Shown: positions 48,392 through 58,825, numbered from the stretch's first letter. The stretch is 64,000 nt of DNA from Ichthyobacteriaceae bacterium (GCA_965226285.1 CBDDCQ010000001.1:119916-183915); one strand, 5' to 3'. The notes: a model not told the origin generated them from the letters alone. Numbers and translations are program-made.

Positions 48392-49411
48392 ATGGGAAAA
48401 ACGATTACTACACATTTAGTAGATGGTAAAATTGAGGGAATACAACGAATTCAAAGCAATGATTTTAATATGGGTGCATCTGTGATCCCTCAAGCAAAAT
48501 TCAAAAATATCAGCAAAGACGATATACATGATGAAGATACACTTGATGAAGTTACACGTGAATTAAAAAAACCTTGTTTATATATTTTAATAGGGGAAGG
48601 AGAGCAAAAAAATGCGATTCAAGTCAAAGTGGCTCACAAGGAGGGCAATAGATTGAAGGTTGACAAAATATATGAAACTAAAATATATATTGGGCAAAGC
48701 GAGGATTTTTTAGAAAGAATTAGGGGTCACATGAATGATGATAAAAAAACTTTTGTTCAAAAAGCTATAATTTTTACTTCTGAATCTAACAGTCTTAACA
48801 CAACATATACAAAATATTTAGAATGTTTAGCTATTAAAGAAGCAGATAAATGTGGCAATTGTTCCATTGAAAATAAGAATAAAAATCCTAAAGATCCTAC
48901 ATTAAAGAAACACGAAGTTTCTGATGTAAAAAAGTTTTTCGAGCAAATAAAATTTATTACAGAATTTATAGGTATTTCTATTTTTAGAAGTAATACTACA
49001 AAAGAAAAAACAAAACAGAAAGAAAAACAACCTTTAAACACCTCCAATATTCCCAACCGTACTACAAAAGAACAAATAAAACAGAAAGAAGAACAACATG
49101 AAATATTTTTTTGTAAAAGAAAAGATACTATTGCACGAGGATATTATGATGGAAACGGTTTTACAGTATTAGCTGGAAGTACCATACAAAAGGAGGTTAC
49201 ACCTTCATTTGAAAAAAGAGCATCAAAAAAACGAAAAGAGAAACGAGAAAAAATATTAAAAGAATTTGTAGAATTAGAAAATGGGAAATATCGCTTGACT
49301 GAAGACTATCGCTTTAATTCACCAAATGAGGCATATAGTATTTGTACGGGAGGTATTGCTAACAGTAAGGAGGAGTGGAAAAAAACAGGTAAAACTTTGA
49401 AGGAAATGTAA
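48392..49411 (+). CDS. GIY-YIG nuclease-like protein with C-terminal DUF4357-like domain
   Basis: N-terminal LYILIGEG...KIYIGQSEDFLERIRGHMND...YLECLAIKEA fits a GIY-YIG fold with an insertion. A K/E-rich linker follows. The C-terminal part is IARGYYDGNGFTVLAGS...FNSPNEAYSICTGGIANSKEEWK. Confidence 0.65.
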   Translation: MGKTITTHLVDGKIEGIQRIQSNDFNMGASVIPQAKFKNISKDDIHDEDTLDEVTRELKKPCLYILIGEGEQKNAIQVKVAHKEGNRLKVDKIYETKIYIGQSEDFLERIRGHMNDDKKTFVQKAIIFTSESNSLNTTYTKYLECLAIKEADKCGNCSIENKNKNPKDPTLKKHEVSDVKKFFEQIKFITEFIGISIFRSNTTKEKTKQKEKQPLNTSNIPNRTTKEQIKQKEEQHEIFFCKRKDTIARGYYDGNGFTVLAGSTIQKEVTPSFEKRASKKRKEKREKILKEFVELENGKYRLTEDYRFNSPNEAYSICTGGIANSKEEWKKTGKTLKEM

Positions 49412-49428
49412 AAGATTTAAATAAAAAA

Positions 49429-50970
49429 ATGTTTAGATACGGATTAGATCATTTAACAGTAGGAAAAGCCTTACAGATATTAAAGGGAACATTATCTACA
49501 AATATTACTAAAGAAACAGAAGAAAAGATCACACATTGCCACAATCAAGTATTAGCTATTGCATACGCAGACAAAGCGGTTTATGGTATCAATACAGGTT
49601 TTGGACCTCTATGTAATACGATTATAGATAAAGAACAAACTAGTGAGTTACAACGTAATATTTTATTGAGTCATAGTGTGGGCGTAGGAAAACCTATACC
49701 TAAAGATATTGCCAAGTTAATGCTGATATTAAAAATTCACTCTTTTGCACAAGCTTATTCAGGTGTCTCGATGAGTGTGATCAACCGCATTTTGTGGCAT
49801 ATTGAAAATGATATAATTCCAGTAGTACCCGAGCAAGGTTCGGTAGGAGCTTCAGGGGATTTATGCCCTTTAGCTCACTTATTTATTCCTTTATTAGGCG
49901 AAGGAGAAGTATATTATAAAGGAGACCGAAAACCGGCTAACGAAGTATTAAAAGAATTTAATTTACTTCCTATTCAACTTGAACCCAAAGCTGGTTTGGC
50001 ACTTATCAATGGTACACAATTTATTCTGGCACACGCAGTAATGGTGGTACACAAATTACACAATTGCCTAAACCAAGCCGACATTATTACAGCTTTGATG
50101 ATAGAGGGGCTATTGGCATCTAAGATGCCATTCCATGAAAATTTGCATAAAATAAGACCCTTTAAAGGCAATATACATGTAGCCCAAAGGATTTGGCAAT
50201 TATTAAAGAATTCTAAAATTATAGAATCACATACAGATTGTAACCGTGTGCAAGACCCTTACTCGCTAAGATGTGTGCCACAAGTACATGGCAGCTCACG
50301 TTCGGCATGGTTACACCTAAAGGAAACCGTAGAAATAGAAATGAATGCCATTACTGATAATCCTATTATATTTTCTAAAGATTTGACCATTAGTGGAGGT
50401 AATTTTCACGGGCAACCTTTGGCAATGCCGTTAGATTACGCTTGCTTAGCTGCTGCTGAACTCGGTAGTATTTCTGATAGAAGGTCTTATTTCTCATTAG
50501 AAGGCAAAGCAGAAAATACCCCAAAATTACTACTTAAAGAAACAGGTATATACTCTGGATTTATGATGATACAATACACTTCTGCCGCGTTAGCAAGTGA
50601 AAATAAAGGACTTTGTTTTCCCGCAAGTGCCGATAGTATTCCTACCTCCCTCGGACAAGAAGATCACGTAAGTATGGGTTCTATTTCAGGACGTAAGGCA
50701 TTGAAAGTTTGTGAAAATTTAGAGAATATTTTAGCTTGTGAGCTCATTTGTGCTGCTCAAGCCTTTGATTTTAAACGTCCTTTAAAGTCTAGTGAAGTCT
50801 TAGAAAAAGTACATACATATATTAGAGAACATATTAACCATATTACTGTAGATAGAATTTTTGCCAATGATATAACCAAAGCCAGAAAAATTATAAAAGG
50901 TCAAAAACTTATAGAACTAACAAAACCATACACCACTACAGATTTTGATGAGTTATTCGAAAATTATTAA
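49429..50970 (+). CDS. hutH: Histidine ammonia-lyase
   Basis: 513 aa with the MIO-forming motif GSVGASGDLCPLAHL. Confidence 0.95.
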   Translation: MFRYGLDHLTVGKALQILKGTLSTNITKETEEKITHCHNQVLAIAYADKAVYGINTGFGPLCNTIIDKEQTSELQRNILLSHSVGVGKPIPKDIAKLMLILKIHSFAQAYSGVSMSVINRILWHIENDIIPVVPEQGSVGASGDLCPLAHLFIPLLGEGEVYYKGDRKPANEVLKEFNLLPIQLEPKAGLALINGTQFILAHAVMVVHKLHNCLNQADIITALMIEGLLASKMPFHENLHKIRPFKGNIHVAQRIWQLLKNSKIIESHTDCNRVQDPYSLRCVPQVHGSSRSAWLHLKETVEIEMNAITDNPIIFSKDLTISGGNFHGQPLAMPLDYACLAAAELGSISDRRSYFSLEGKAENTPKLLLKETGIYSGFMMIQYTSAALASENKGLCFPASADSIPTSLGQEDHVSMGSISGRKALKVCENLENILACELICAAQAFDFKRPLKSSEVLEKVHTYIREHINHITVDRIFANDITKARKIIKGQKLIELTKPYTTTDFDELFENY

Positions 50971-51181
50971 AATAGGATAAGCGTAAATTATTAATTTGGA
51001 ATTTTTAACGTTCAAAAATAATAAAAACAAATTTAAAATTTTTCATAATTTAAATATAACTTTAATTTATTAGTCTTTTGGTTTATTAGCATTCATATTT
51101 TCTATAAGCCAACTGACCCAATGTACTAAAGACGATAAATCTTCGGAAAAGAGCAAAGAAGCATCCATCATCTCCTTTGAA

Positions 51182-54100
51182 TTGGGCACTTATAAAGGCA
51201 AGTTAAACGGCACCTCATTATTGATAGAGGTTCCTTATGGAACGGATATAAATTCTTTATTGGCAAAGGTAGAGTTATCGTCAAAGGCAACGATCAAACC
51301 CGACCCAACCACAGTGAAAGATTGGAGCAATCCAGTATCGTTTACGGTAACCGCAGAAAATGGAAATACCAATAAATATACAGTAGAGGTAAAAATATTA
51401 CCTCCAGTATTGACCTTTGAAAAACTGACCAAAGAATATACAAAAGGTGGTCATTTGAATGCTACAGAAATTCTAAAGCATGTAAAAGGTGAAAAGGCGG
51501 GCTATACTTTAAAAGAGATCACAGATCTGAATCCTAATGATATAGTAACGGTCAATGGAAGTGCGCCAAATTTAAGGTTAGCATTTAATCGGGCGGGTGT
51601 TTTTACGGCTTCGTTGCGCTTAAAACACAATGCTACCTCAGATTTGGATGTAACGCTCAGTAATGCAGCGTTTGAAATTACAAAGGGGATTGCTCCATCA
51701 GATTTAAGCTGGAGAACACCAAGCAAGGTTTATGCTTCGGGTGGAGAGATCAGCAATGGGGAATTATTAGCAGGTCTTAACGGTACAAAAACAGGCTATA
51801 CCCTTAAAACAGTAACCATCAGTGATGCAGGAGGCACAGGTGCAAGGGTTTCAGGGAGTGGCACTTCAGCTAAGATTGGTAGTTATACGCAAGCGGGTAA
51901 CTTGACCTTAACACTTGTATTTGAACACGCTACCAAAGCAGATAAAACCATAACGGCGGCAGTATTTGAAATTACAAAGATGGCTGCACCTACCAATTTA
52001 ACTTGGGTAAAACAATTGAAGAGGTATCGTTCTGGAGAGGAGATAAGCAATGCTGAATTATTAGAAGGTCTCGAAGGTTCAAAAGTAGGGTATCGGATTA
52101 AAACCGTAGAGATTACGACTGATTCAGGGGGTAGTGGTGCGCGTGTTTCAGGTAGTGGAACTGCAGCTAAAATCGTGGGTTATGGCAAGCCTACTATCTT
52201 GACGTTGACACTTGCATTTGAACACGCTACCAAAGCAGACAAAACCATAACGGGTGCACAATTTGAACTTACCAGTGGAGCTGTATCTGTACCTTTAAGT
52301 TGGAGCAGACAAAGCAAGGTGTACAGTCTTGCAGGAGAGATAAGCAATGCAGAATTATTGGGCGGTGTGCGCGGTACAAAAGACGGCTATCGTATCAAAT
52401 CAATACAGATTACGACTGATTCAGGGGGCAGTGGTGCAAGGGTTTCAGGAAGTGGTACTGCAGCTAAGATCGTTGGTTATCGCAAAGCCACTATCTTGAC
52501 GTTGACGCTTGTACTTCAACACGCTACCAAACCACAAAAAACGCTCAGTAATGCACAATTTGAAATTAGGAAGATGCCCGTACCAGCTGATTTAACTTGG
52601 CGTAAACAAAGTAAGGTTTATAGTTTTGGAGGAGAGATCAGCAATGGAGAATTATTAAGAGGTCTTAGCGGTACAAAAACAGGGTATCGAATAAAAACAG
52701 TAAGCATAAGTGATGCAGGAGGTACAGGTGCAAGGGTTTCAGGTAGTAGCACTTCAGCTAAGATCGTGGGTTATACCAAGACGGGTACTTTGACTTTATC
52801 GATTGTATTTGAACATGATACGAAAGAAGATAGAACCATAACGGGTGCAGAATTTGAAATTACGAAGGGTGCAACACCAAGTTTAAGTTGGACAAAGCAA
52901 ACGAAGCCGTTTAGCAGTGGCGGAGAAATTACCCATGCCGATTTATTAGCAGGGGTTACGGGCAGTGGTAAGACGGGCTACACCCTTAAAACCATTAACA
53001 TTACGAATAAAAACGGTACAGGTGCGACTGTTTCAGGGAGCGGTACTTCAGCCAAAATTACGAGTTATACCAAAATGGGTACGCTTACGCTCACCCTTGT
53101 TTTACAACACACTGCTAAACCAGATGTAACCCTTAGCAATGCACAGTTTGAAATTACGAGGGGCAGTGCGGAAAGTTTAAGTTGGACGAAGCAAACGAAA
53201 CCGTTTAGCAGTGGTGGCGAAATTACGAATCCCGAGCTATTAGCAGGCGTTACGGGCAGTGGTAAGACGGGTTACACCATTAAAACGGTTACCATTACCC
53301 ATACAAACGGTACAAGTGCGACTGTTTCAGGGAGCGGCAGGGCTGTAAAAATTACGAGTTATACCAAAATTGGTACGCTTACGCTCACCCTTGTTTTAGC
53401 ACACCACAGCAAAGAAGATGTAACCCTTACAGGTGCACAGTTTGAAATTACGAAGGCGTCAGCACCACCTTTAAGTTGGACAAATCAGACGAAGCCGTTT
53501 AGCAGTGGTGACGAAATTACCAATGCCGAGCTATTAGCAGGCGTTACAGGTAGTGGTAAGAATGGATACACCATTAAAACCGTTACCATTACCCATACAA
53601 ACGGTACAAGTGCGAGGGTTTCAGGGAGCGGTACTTCAGCTAAAATTACGAGTTATACCAAAGTAGGTACGCTTACCCTTACGATTGTTTTACAACACGA
53701 TGCTAAAGAAGATGTAACCCTTAGAAAAGCAGAGTTTCATATTTATCGTGATATTTTTACGATAAGTAGTAGTGGGGAAGTAACACTTAAAGCAAGCGTT
53801 GACAAAAGTAGTTTAACAACAGTAACCATTCCTTATATGATTAACGGTACCAACGTAACCAGTATTAGAAGTTCGGCATTTGTTGGTTGTACTTCACTTA
53901 CCAGTATTACGATTCCTAATTCCGTAACCAGTATTGGACGGGGTGCATTTAGTCTTTGTGCCAAACTTACCAGTATTACGATGGGTAATTCCGTAACCAG
54001 TATTGGACGTGAAGGATTTTATGGTTGTACTTCACTTACCAGTATTACGATTCCTAATTCCGTAACTAGTATTGGGCAGTACGTATTTTCTTATTGTACT

Positions 54101-54607
54101 TCACTTACCCGTATTACGATGGGTAATTCCGTAACCAGTATTGGAACTCAGACATTTAAGGGTTGCAGTTCACTTACCCGTATTACGCTTCCTAATTCCG
54201 TAACCAGTATTGGAAATCAGACATTTTCTGAATGTACTTCACTTACCAGTGTTACGATTCCTAATTCCGTAACCAGTATTGGACGTTTGGCATTTCATGC
54301 TTGTACTTCACTTACCCGTATTACGATTCCTAATTCCGTAACCGATATTGTACATGGGGCATTTTTTGGTTGTACTTCACTTACAAGTATCACGATGGGT
54401 AATTCCGTAACCAGTATTGGAAAGTGGATATTTAGAAATTGTAGCTCTCTCATGACTATCAAACTGCCTAATTCCATAACCACTATTGGAGATGAACCAT
54501 TTAGAGATTGTAGCAAGCTCATTACCATACGGGTACCCAATGCAAAAGTGACTACTTGGCAAGCGAACCTAAGAAAAGGTAATCCTGCATCGGTGGTGGG
54601 GTATTAA
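51182..54607 (+). CDS. Modular surface protein with C-terminal BspA-type leucine-rich repeats (paralog A; possibly 5'-truncated)
   Basis: The frame is open from 51074 and encodes a lipobox segment GLLAFIFSISQLTQC, but no ATG/GTG/TTG occurs before 51182. It has about nine ~100-aa modules related to those of the 2254 gene, then LRR units ITIPNSVTSIG..AF..C.SLTS. Confidence 0.75.
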   Translation: MGTYKGKLNGTSLLIEVPYGTDINSLLAKVELSSKATIKPDPTTVKDWSNPVSFTVTAENGNTNKYTVEVKILPPVLTFEKLTKEYTKGGHLNATEILKHVKGEKAGYTLKEITDLNPNDIVTVNGSAPNLRLAFNRAGVFTASLRLKHNATSDLDVTLSNAAFEITKGIAPSDLSWRTPSKVYASGGEISNGELLAGLNGTKTGYTLKTVTISDAGGTGARVSGSGTSAKIGSYTQAGNLTLTLVFEHATKADKTITAAVFEITKMAAPTNLTWVKQLKRYRSGEEISNAELLEGLEGSKVGYRIKTVEITTDSGGSGARVSGSGTAAKIVGYGKPTILTLTLAFEHATKADKTITGAQFELTSGAVSVPLSWSRQSKVYSLAGEISNAELLGGVRGTKDGYRIKSIQITTDSGGSGARVSGSGTAAKIVGYRKATILTLTLVLQHATKPQKTLSNAQFEIRKMPVPADLTWRKQSKVYSFGGEISNGELLRGLSGTKTGYRIKTVSISDAGGTGARVSGSSTSAKIVGYTKTGTLTLSIVFEHDTKEDRTITGAEFEITKGATPSLSWTKQTKPFSSGGEITHADLLAGVTGSGKTGYTLKTINITNKNGTGATVSGSGTSAKITSYTKMGTLTLTLVLQHTAKPDVTLSNAQFEITRGSAESLSWTKQTKPFSSGGEITNPELLAGVTGSGKTGYTIKTVTITHTNGTSATVSGSGRAVKITSYTKIGTLTLTLVLAHHSKEDVTLTGAQFEITKASAPPLSWTNQTKPFSSGDEITNAELLAGVTGSGKNGYTIKTVTITHTNGTSARVSGSGTSAKITSYTKVGTLTLTIVLQHDAKEDVTLRKAEFHIYRDIFTISSSGEVTLKASVDKSSLTTVTIPYMINGTNVTSIRSSAFVGCTSLTSITIPNSVTSIGRGAFSLCAKLTSITMGNSVTSIGREGFYGCTSLTSITIPNSVTSIGQYVFSYCTSLTRITMGNSVTSIGTQTFKGCSSLTRITLPNSVTSIGNQTFSECTSLTSVTIPNSVTSIGRLAFHACTSLTRITIPNSVTDIVHGAFFGCTSLTSITMGNSVTSIGKWIFRNCSSLMTIKLPNSITTIGDEPFRDCSKLITIRVPNAKVTTWQANLRKGNPASVVGY

Positions 54608-54635
54608 GGTAAATTAAAGTGATGTTCATCATGTT

Positions 54636-54686
54636 ATAAATACGCAAAAAAGTAGGGACCTGTCCCTACTTTTTTGCGTATTTATA
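54636..54686 (+). terminator. Strong hairpin terminator after paralog A
   Basis: 23-nt perfect inverted arms ATAAATACGCAAAAAAGTAGGGA / TCCCTACTTTTTTGCGTATTTAT. The inner stem is followed by a T6 run. Confidence 0.8.
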
Positions 54687-54986
54687 CACCCTTTTTAAAG
54701 GCTTTCGCCCGTAATTTTTTTGAAATTTTACCAAAGATGCCGCTATTAAAACAATTTCTTTCTATACTTGTTTTGAGACTCAAAAAAAAATTATTTTTTT
54801 GGTTTATTAGCATTCATATTTTCCATTACCCAACTTACCCAATGTAATAAGGAAGATAAGCCTTCGGAAAAGAGTAAAGAGGCATCCATCATCTCCTTTG
54901 AATTAGGTACTTATAAAGGCAAATTAAACGGCACTTCATTATCATTATTAATAGAGTTACCATACGGAACGGATATAAGTTCTTTA

Positions 54987-57900
54987 TTGGCAAAGGTAGA
55001 GTTATCGGCAAAGGCAACGATCAAACCCGACCCAAAGACAGTAAAAGATTGGAGCAATCCAGTATCATTTACGGTAACCGCAGAAAATGGAAATACCAAA
55101 AAATATACAGTAGAGGTAAAAATATTACCTGCGGTATTGACCTTTGAAAAACTGACCAAAAAATATACAAAAGGTGGGCATTTGAATGCTACAGAAATTC
55201 TAAAGCATGTAAAAGGGCAAAAGGCTGGCTATACTTTAAAAGAGATCACAAATCTGAATCCTAATGATATAGTAAGGGTCAATGGAACTGCACCAAATCT
55301 AAGGTTAGCATTTAATCGGGCGGGCGTTTTTACGGCTTCGTTGCGTTTAAAACACAATGCTACATCAGATTTGGATGTAACGCTCAGTAATGCAGCGTTT
55401 GAAATTACAAAGGGGGTTGCTCCATCGGATTTAAGCTGGAGAAAACAAAGCAAGGTTTATGGTTCGGGGGGAGAGATCAGCAATGGGGAATTATTAGGCG
55501 GTGTATTGGGTCCAAAAGAGGGCTATCGTGTAAAATTGGTACAGATTACCAGTGATTCAGGGGGCAGTGGTGCAAGGGTTTCAGGAAGTGGTAGCGGTGC
55601 TAAGATCGTTGGTTACGGCAAAGCCACCGTCTTAACGTTGACGCTTGTACTTCAGCACGATACCAAAGCAGAAAAAACCATAACGGGTGCACAATTTGAA
55701 ATTACAAAGATGATGGGACCTACCAATTTAACTTGGGTAAAACAATTAAAGAGGTATCGTTCTGGTGAAGAGATAAGCAACGTTGAATTGTTGTCAGGTC
55801 TCGAAGGTTCAAAAGTAGGGTATCGTATGAAAACCGTACAGATTACGGATGATTCCTCAAGTAGTGGTGCGCGTGTTTCAGGGAGTGGTACTGCAGCTAA
55901 GATCGTTGGTTATGGCAAACCTACTATCCTGACGTTGACACTTGTATTTGAACACGATACCAAAGCAGATAAAACCATAACGGGTGCACAATTTGAACTT
56001 ACCAGTGGAACTGTATCTGTACCTTTAAGTTGGAGCAGACAAAGCAAGGTTTATGGTTCCCCAGCAGAGATAAGCAATGCAGCGTTATTGGGCGGTGTGA
56101 GAGGTACAAAAACAGGTTATCGTATCAAATCAGTACAGATTACAGATGATTCAACAAGCAGTGGTGCGCGTGTTTCAGGTAGTGGTACTGCAGCTAAGAT
56201 CGTCAGTTATGGCAAAGCCACTATCTTGACGTTGACGCTTGTACTTCAGCACGATACCAAAGCAGAAAAAACGCTCAGTAATGCAGTGTTTGAAATTAGA
56301 AAGATGCCCGTACCGGCTGATTTGAGTTGGCGTAAACAAAGTAAGGTTTACAGCGTTAGAGGAGAGATCAGCAATGGAGAATTATCAAGAGGTCTTAGTG
56401 GTACAAAAACAGGGTATCAAATAAAAACAGTAACCATAAGTGATACAAGAGGTACAGGCGCAAGGGTTTTAGGTAATGGCACTTCAGCTAAGATCGTCAG
56501 TTATACCAAGGCAGGTACTTTGACCTTATCGATTGTATTTGAAAACGATACCAAGGAGGATAAAAACATCACTGGTGCGGAGTTTGAAATTACGAAGGGT
56601 TCAGCATCGAGTTTAAGCTGGACCAAGCAAAGGAAGCCGTTTAGCAGAGGCGGAGAAATTACCAACGCCAATCTATTAGCAGGCGTTACGGGCAGTGGTA
56701 AGAATGGATACACCCTTAAAACCGTTACGATTAGTAATGATGGAGGTACAAGTGCAGTGGTTTCAGGGAGCGGTAGGGCTGCTAAAATTACGAGTTATAC
56801 CAAAGCGGGTACGCTTACGCTCACCCTTGTGTTAGCACACGATACTAAAAAAGATGCTACTATTAGAAATGCACAGTTTGAAATTACGAATGATGCTGCA
56901 CCGCTTTTAACTTGGAACAAGCAAACGAAACCGTTTAGCAGTAGTGGCGAAATTACCAATACTGAGCTATTAGCAGGTGTTACGGGCAGTGGTAAGAATG
57001 GATACACCATTAAAACCGTTAACATTACCAGTACAAACGGTACAGGTGCGAGGGTTTCAGGGAGCGGTACTTCAGCTAAAATTACGAGTTATACCAAAGC
57101 GGGTACGCTTACGCTCACCCTTGTTTTACAACACACTAGTAAACCAGATGTAACCCTTAGGAATGCACAGTTTGAAATTACGAAGGGCAGTGCGGAAAGT
57201 TTAAGTTGGACCAAGCAAACAAAGGCGTTTAGCAGTGGTGGCGAAATTACCAATGCCAATTTATTAGCAGGCGTTACGGGCAGTGGCAAGACGGGTTACA
57301 CCATCAAAACCGTTACCATTAGTAATGATGGCGGCATGACCAGTGCAAGGGTTTCAGGGAGCGACAGAGCAGCTAAAATTACGAGTTATACCAAAGCAGG
57401 TACGCTTACGCTCACCCTTGTTTTACAACACGATACTAAAAATGATGTAACCCTTAGAAACGCACAGTTTGAGATTATGCCTTTAAGTTGGACCAAGCAA
57501 ACGAAGCCGTTTAGCAGTAGTGGGGAGATAAGCAATGCAGAAATCTTAACAGGCATTACGGGCAGTGGTAAGACAGGCTACACCATTAAAACCGTTAGCA
57601 TTACCAATAAAAACGGTACAAGTGCGCGGGTTTCAGGGAGCGGTACTTCAGCTAAAATTACGAGTTATACCAAAGCAGGTACGCTTACCCTAACTATTGT
57701 CTTAGAACAAGATGCTAAAGACGATGTAACCCTTAGAAACGCACAGTTTCATATTTATAGAGATATTTTTAAGATAAGTAGTGGTGGGGAAATAACACTT
57801 AAAACAGGCGTTGACAAAAATAGTTTAACAACAGTAACCATTCCTTATATGATTAGCAGTACCACCGTAACCAGTATTGGAAGGCACGCATTTATAGACT

Positions 57901-58550
57901 GTACGAAACTTACCAGTATTACGATTCCTAATTCCGTAACCAGTATTGGAGTTTCGGCATTTGAAAATTGTCGTTCATTTACCAGTATTACGATTCCTAA
58001 TTCCGTAAAAAGTATTGGAACGTTTGCATTTCGAGTTTGTGTTTCACTTACCAGTATTACGATTCCTAATTCCGTAACCAGTATTGGAATTTCGGCATTT
58101 GATTCTTGTACTTCACTTACCAGTATTACGATTCCTAATTCCGTAACCAGTATTGAAGAGGGTGTATTTGAGGATTGTCGTTCACTTACCAGTATTACGA
58201 TTCCTAATTCCGTAAAAAGTATTGGAACTAAGGCATTTTCTACTTGTACTTCACTTACTAGTGCTACGCTTTCTAATTCGTTAAAAATTATTGAAAGAAC
58301 ATTATTTTATGCTTGTAGCGCACTTACCAGTATTACGATTCCTAATTCCGTAACCAGCATTGGAAAGTGGATATTTTTTGGTTGTAGCTCCCTCACTACA
58401 ATCAAGTTGCCTGATTCCATAACAACTATTGGAGATGAGCCATTTAGAAATTGTAGCAAGCTCACTACCATAGAGGTACCTAATGCAAAAGTGTCTGATT
58501 GGGAAGCGAACCTAAAAATAGGTAATCCTGCATCAGTGGTGGGGTATTAA
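54987..58550 (+). CDS. Modular surface protein with C-terminal BspA-type leucine-rich repeats (paralog B)
   Basis: The frame is open from 54777 and encodes KKNYFFGLLAFIFSITQLTQC, with no in-frame start before TTG 54987. The architecture matches paralog A and the two are highly similar throughout. Confidence 0.75.
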   Translation: MAKVELSAKATIKPDPKTVKDWSNPVSFTVTAENGNTKKYTVEVKILPAVLTFEKLTKKYTKGGHLNATEILKHVKGQKAGYTLKEITNLNPNDIVRVNGTAPNLRLAFNRAGVFTASLRLKHNATSDLDVTLSNAAFEITKGVAPSDLSWRKQSKVYGSGGEISNGELLGGVLGPKEGYRVKLVQITSDSGGSGARVSGSGSGAKIVGYGKATVLTLTLVLQHDTKAEKTITGAQFEITKMMGPTNLTWVKQLKRYRSGEEISNVELLSGLEGSKVGYRMKTVQITDDSSSSGARVSGSGTAAKIVGYGKPTILTLTLVFEHDTKADKTITGAQFELTSGTVSVPLSWSRQSKVYGSPAEISNAALLGGVRGTKTGYRIKSVQITDDSTSSGARVSGSGTAAKIVSYGKATILTLTLVLQHDTKAEKTLSNAVFEIRKMPVPADLSWRKQSKVYSVRGEISNGELSRGLSGTKTGYQIKTVTISDTRGTGARVLGNGTSAKIVSYTKAGTLTLSIVFENDTKEDKNITGAEFEITKGSASSLSWTKQRKPFSRGGEITNANLLAGVTGSGKNGYTLKTVTISNDGGTSAVVSGSGRAAKITSYTKAGTLTLTLVLAHDTKKDATIRNAQFEITNDAAPLLTWNKQTKPFSSSGEITNTELLAGVTGSGKNGYTIKTVNITSTNGTGARVSGSGTSAKITSYTKAGTLTLTLVLQHTSKPDVTLRNAQFEITKGSAESLSWTKQTKAFSSGGEITNANLLAGVTGSGKTGYTIKTVTISNDGGMTSARVSGSDRAAKITSYTKAGTLTLTLVLQHDTKNDVTLRNAQFEIMPLSWTKQTKPFSSSGEISNAEILTGITGSGKTGYTIKTVSITNKNGTSARVSGSGTSAKITSYTKAGTLTLTIVLEQDAKDDVTLRNAQFHIYRDIFKISSGGEITLKTGVDKNSLTTVTIPYMISSTTVTSIGRHAFIDCTKLTSITIPNSVTSIGVSAFENCRSFTSITIPNSVKSIGTFAFRVCVSLTSITIPNSVTSIGISAFDSCTSLTSITIPNSVTSIEEGVFEDCRSLTSITIPNSVKSIGTKAFSTCTSLTSATLSNSLKIIERTLFYACSALTSITIPNSVTSIGKWIFFGCSSLTTIKLPDSITTIGDEPFRNCSKLTTIEVPNAKVSDWEANLKIGNPASVVGY

Positions 58551-58825
58551 GTAGTAGGGAGAGCCCCGTGGCTGTCCTAAAATGGTGGTGAATACTTTTT
58601 ACCCCCCCTTAGTCCCCCTTTTTAAAAGGGGACTAAGAGCGGATGCCCGCAATTTTTTTGAAATTTTACTAAAGGTCCCCCCTACTAAAACAATTTCTCT
58701 CTATACATGTTTTGAGACTCAAAAAAAATTTATTTTTCTGGTTCATTGATAATTTTTTTATAAATTTACATCACATTAAATAATTGATAATTAATCATTG
58801 ATAATTAATAATTAATCATTTAAAT

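Noticed and set aside
54773-54800. Treating TTG 54773 (MRLKKKLFF...) as the confirmed start of paralog B.
   Set aside because: It is out of frame with the main ORF in the sequence as given. The same stretch also exists as a non-coding stub after paralog B, so the K-rich reading may simply reflect the poly-A tract. I kept it only as a hypothesis in the findings.
58608-58637. Hairpin CTTAGTCCCC...GGGGACTAAG after paralog B, considered as a terminator.
   Set aside because: No T-run follows it, and the corresponding position after paralog A is different. I left it unannotated.
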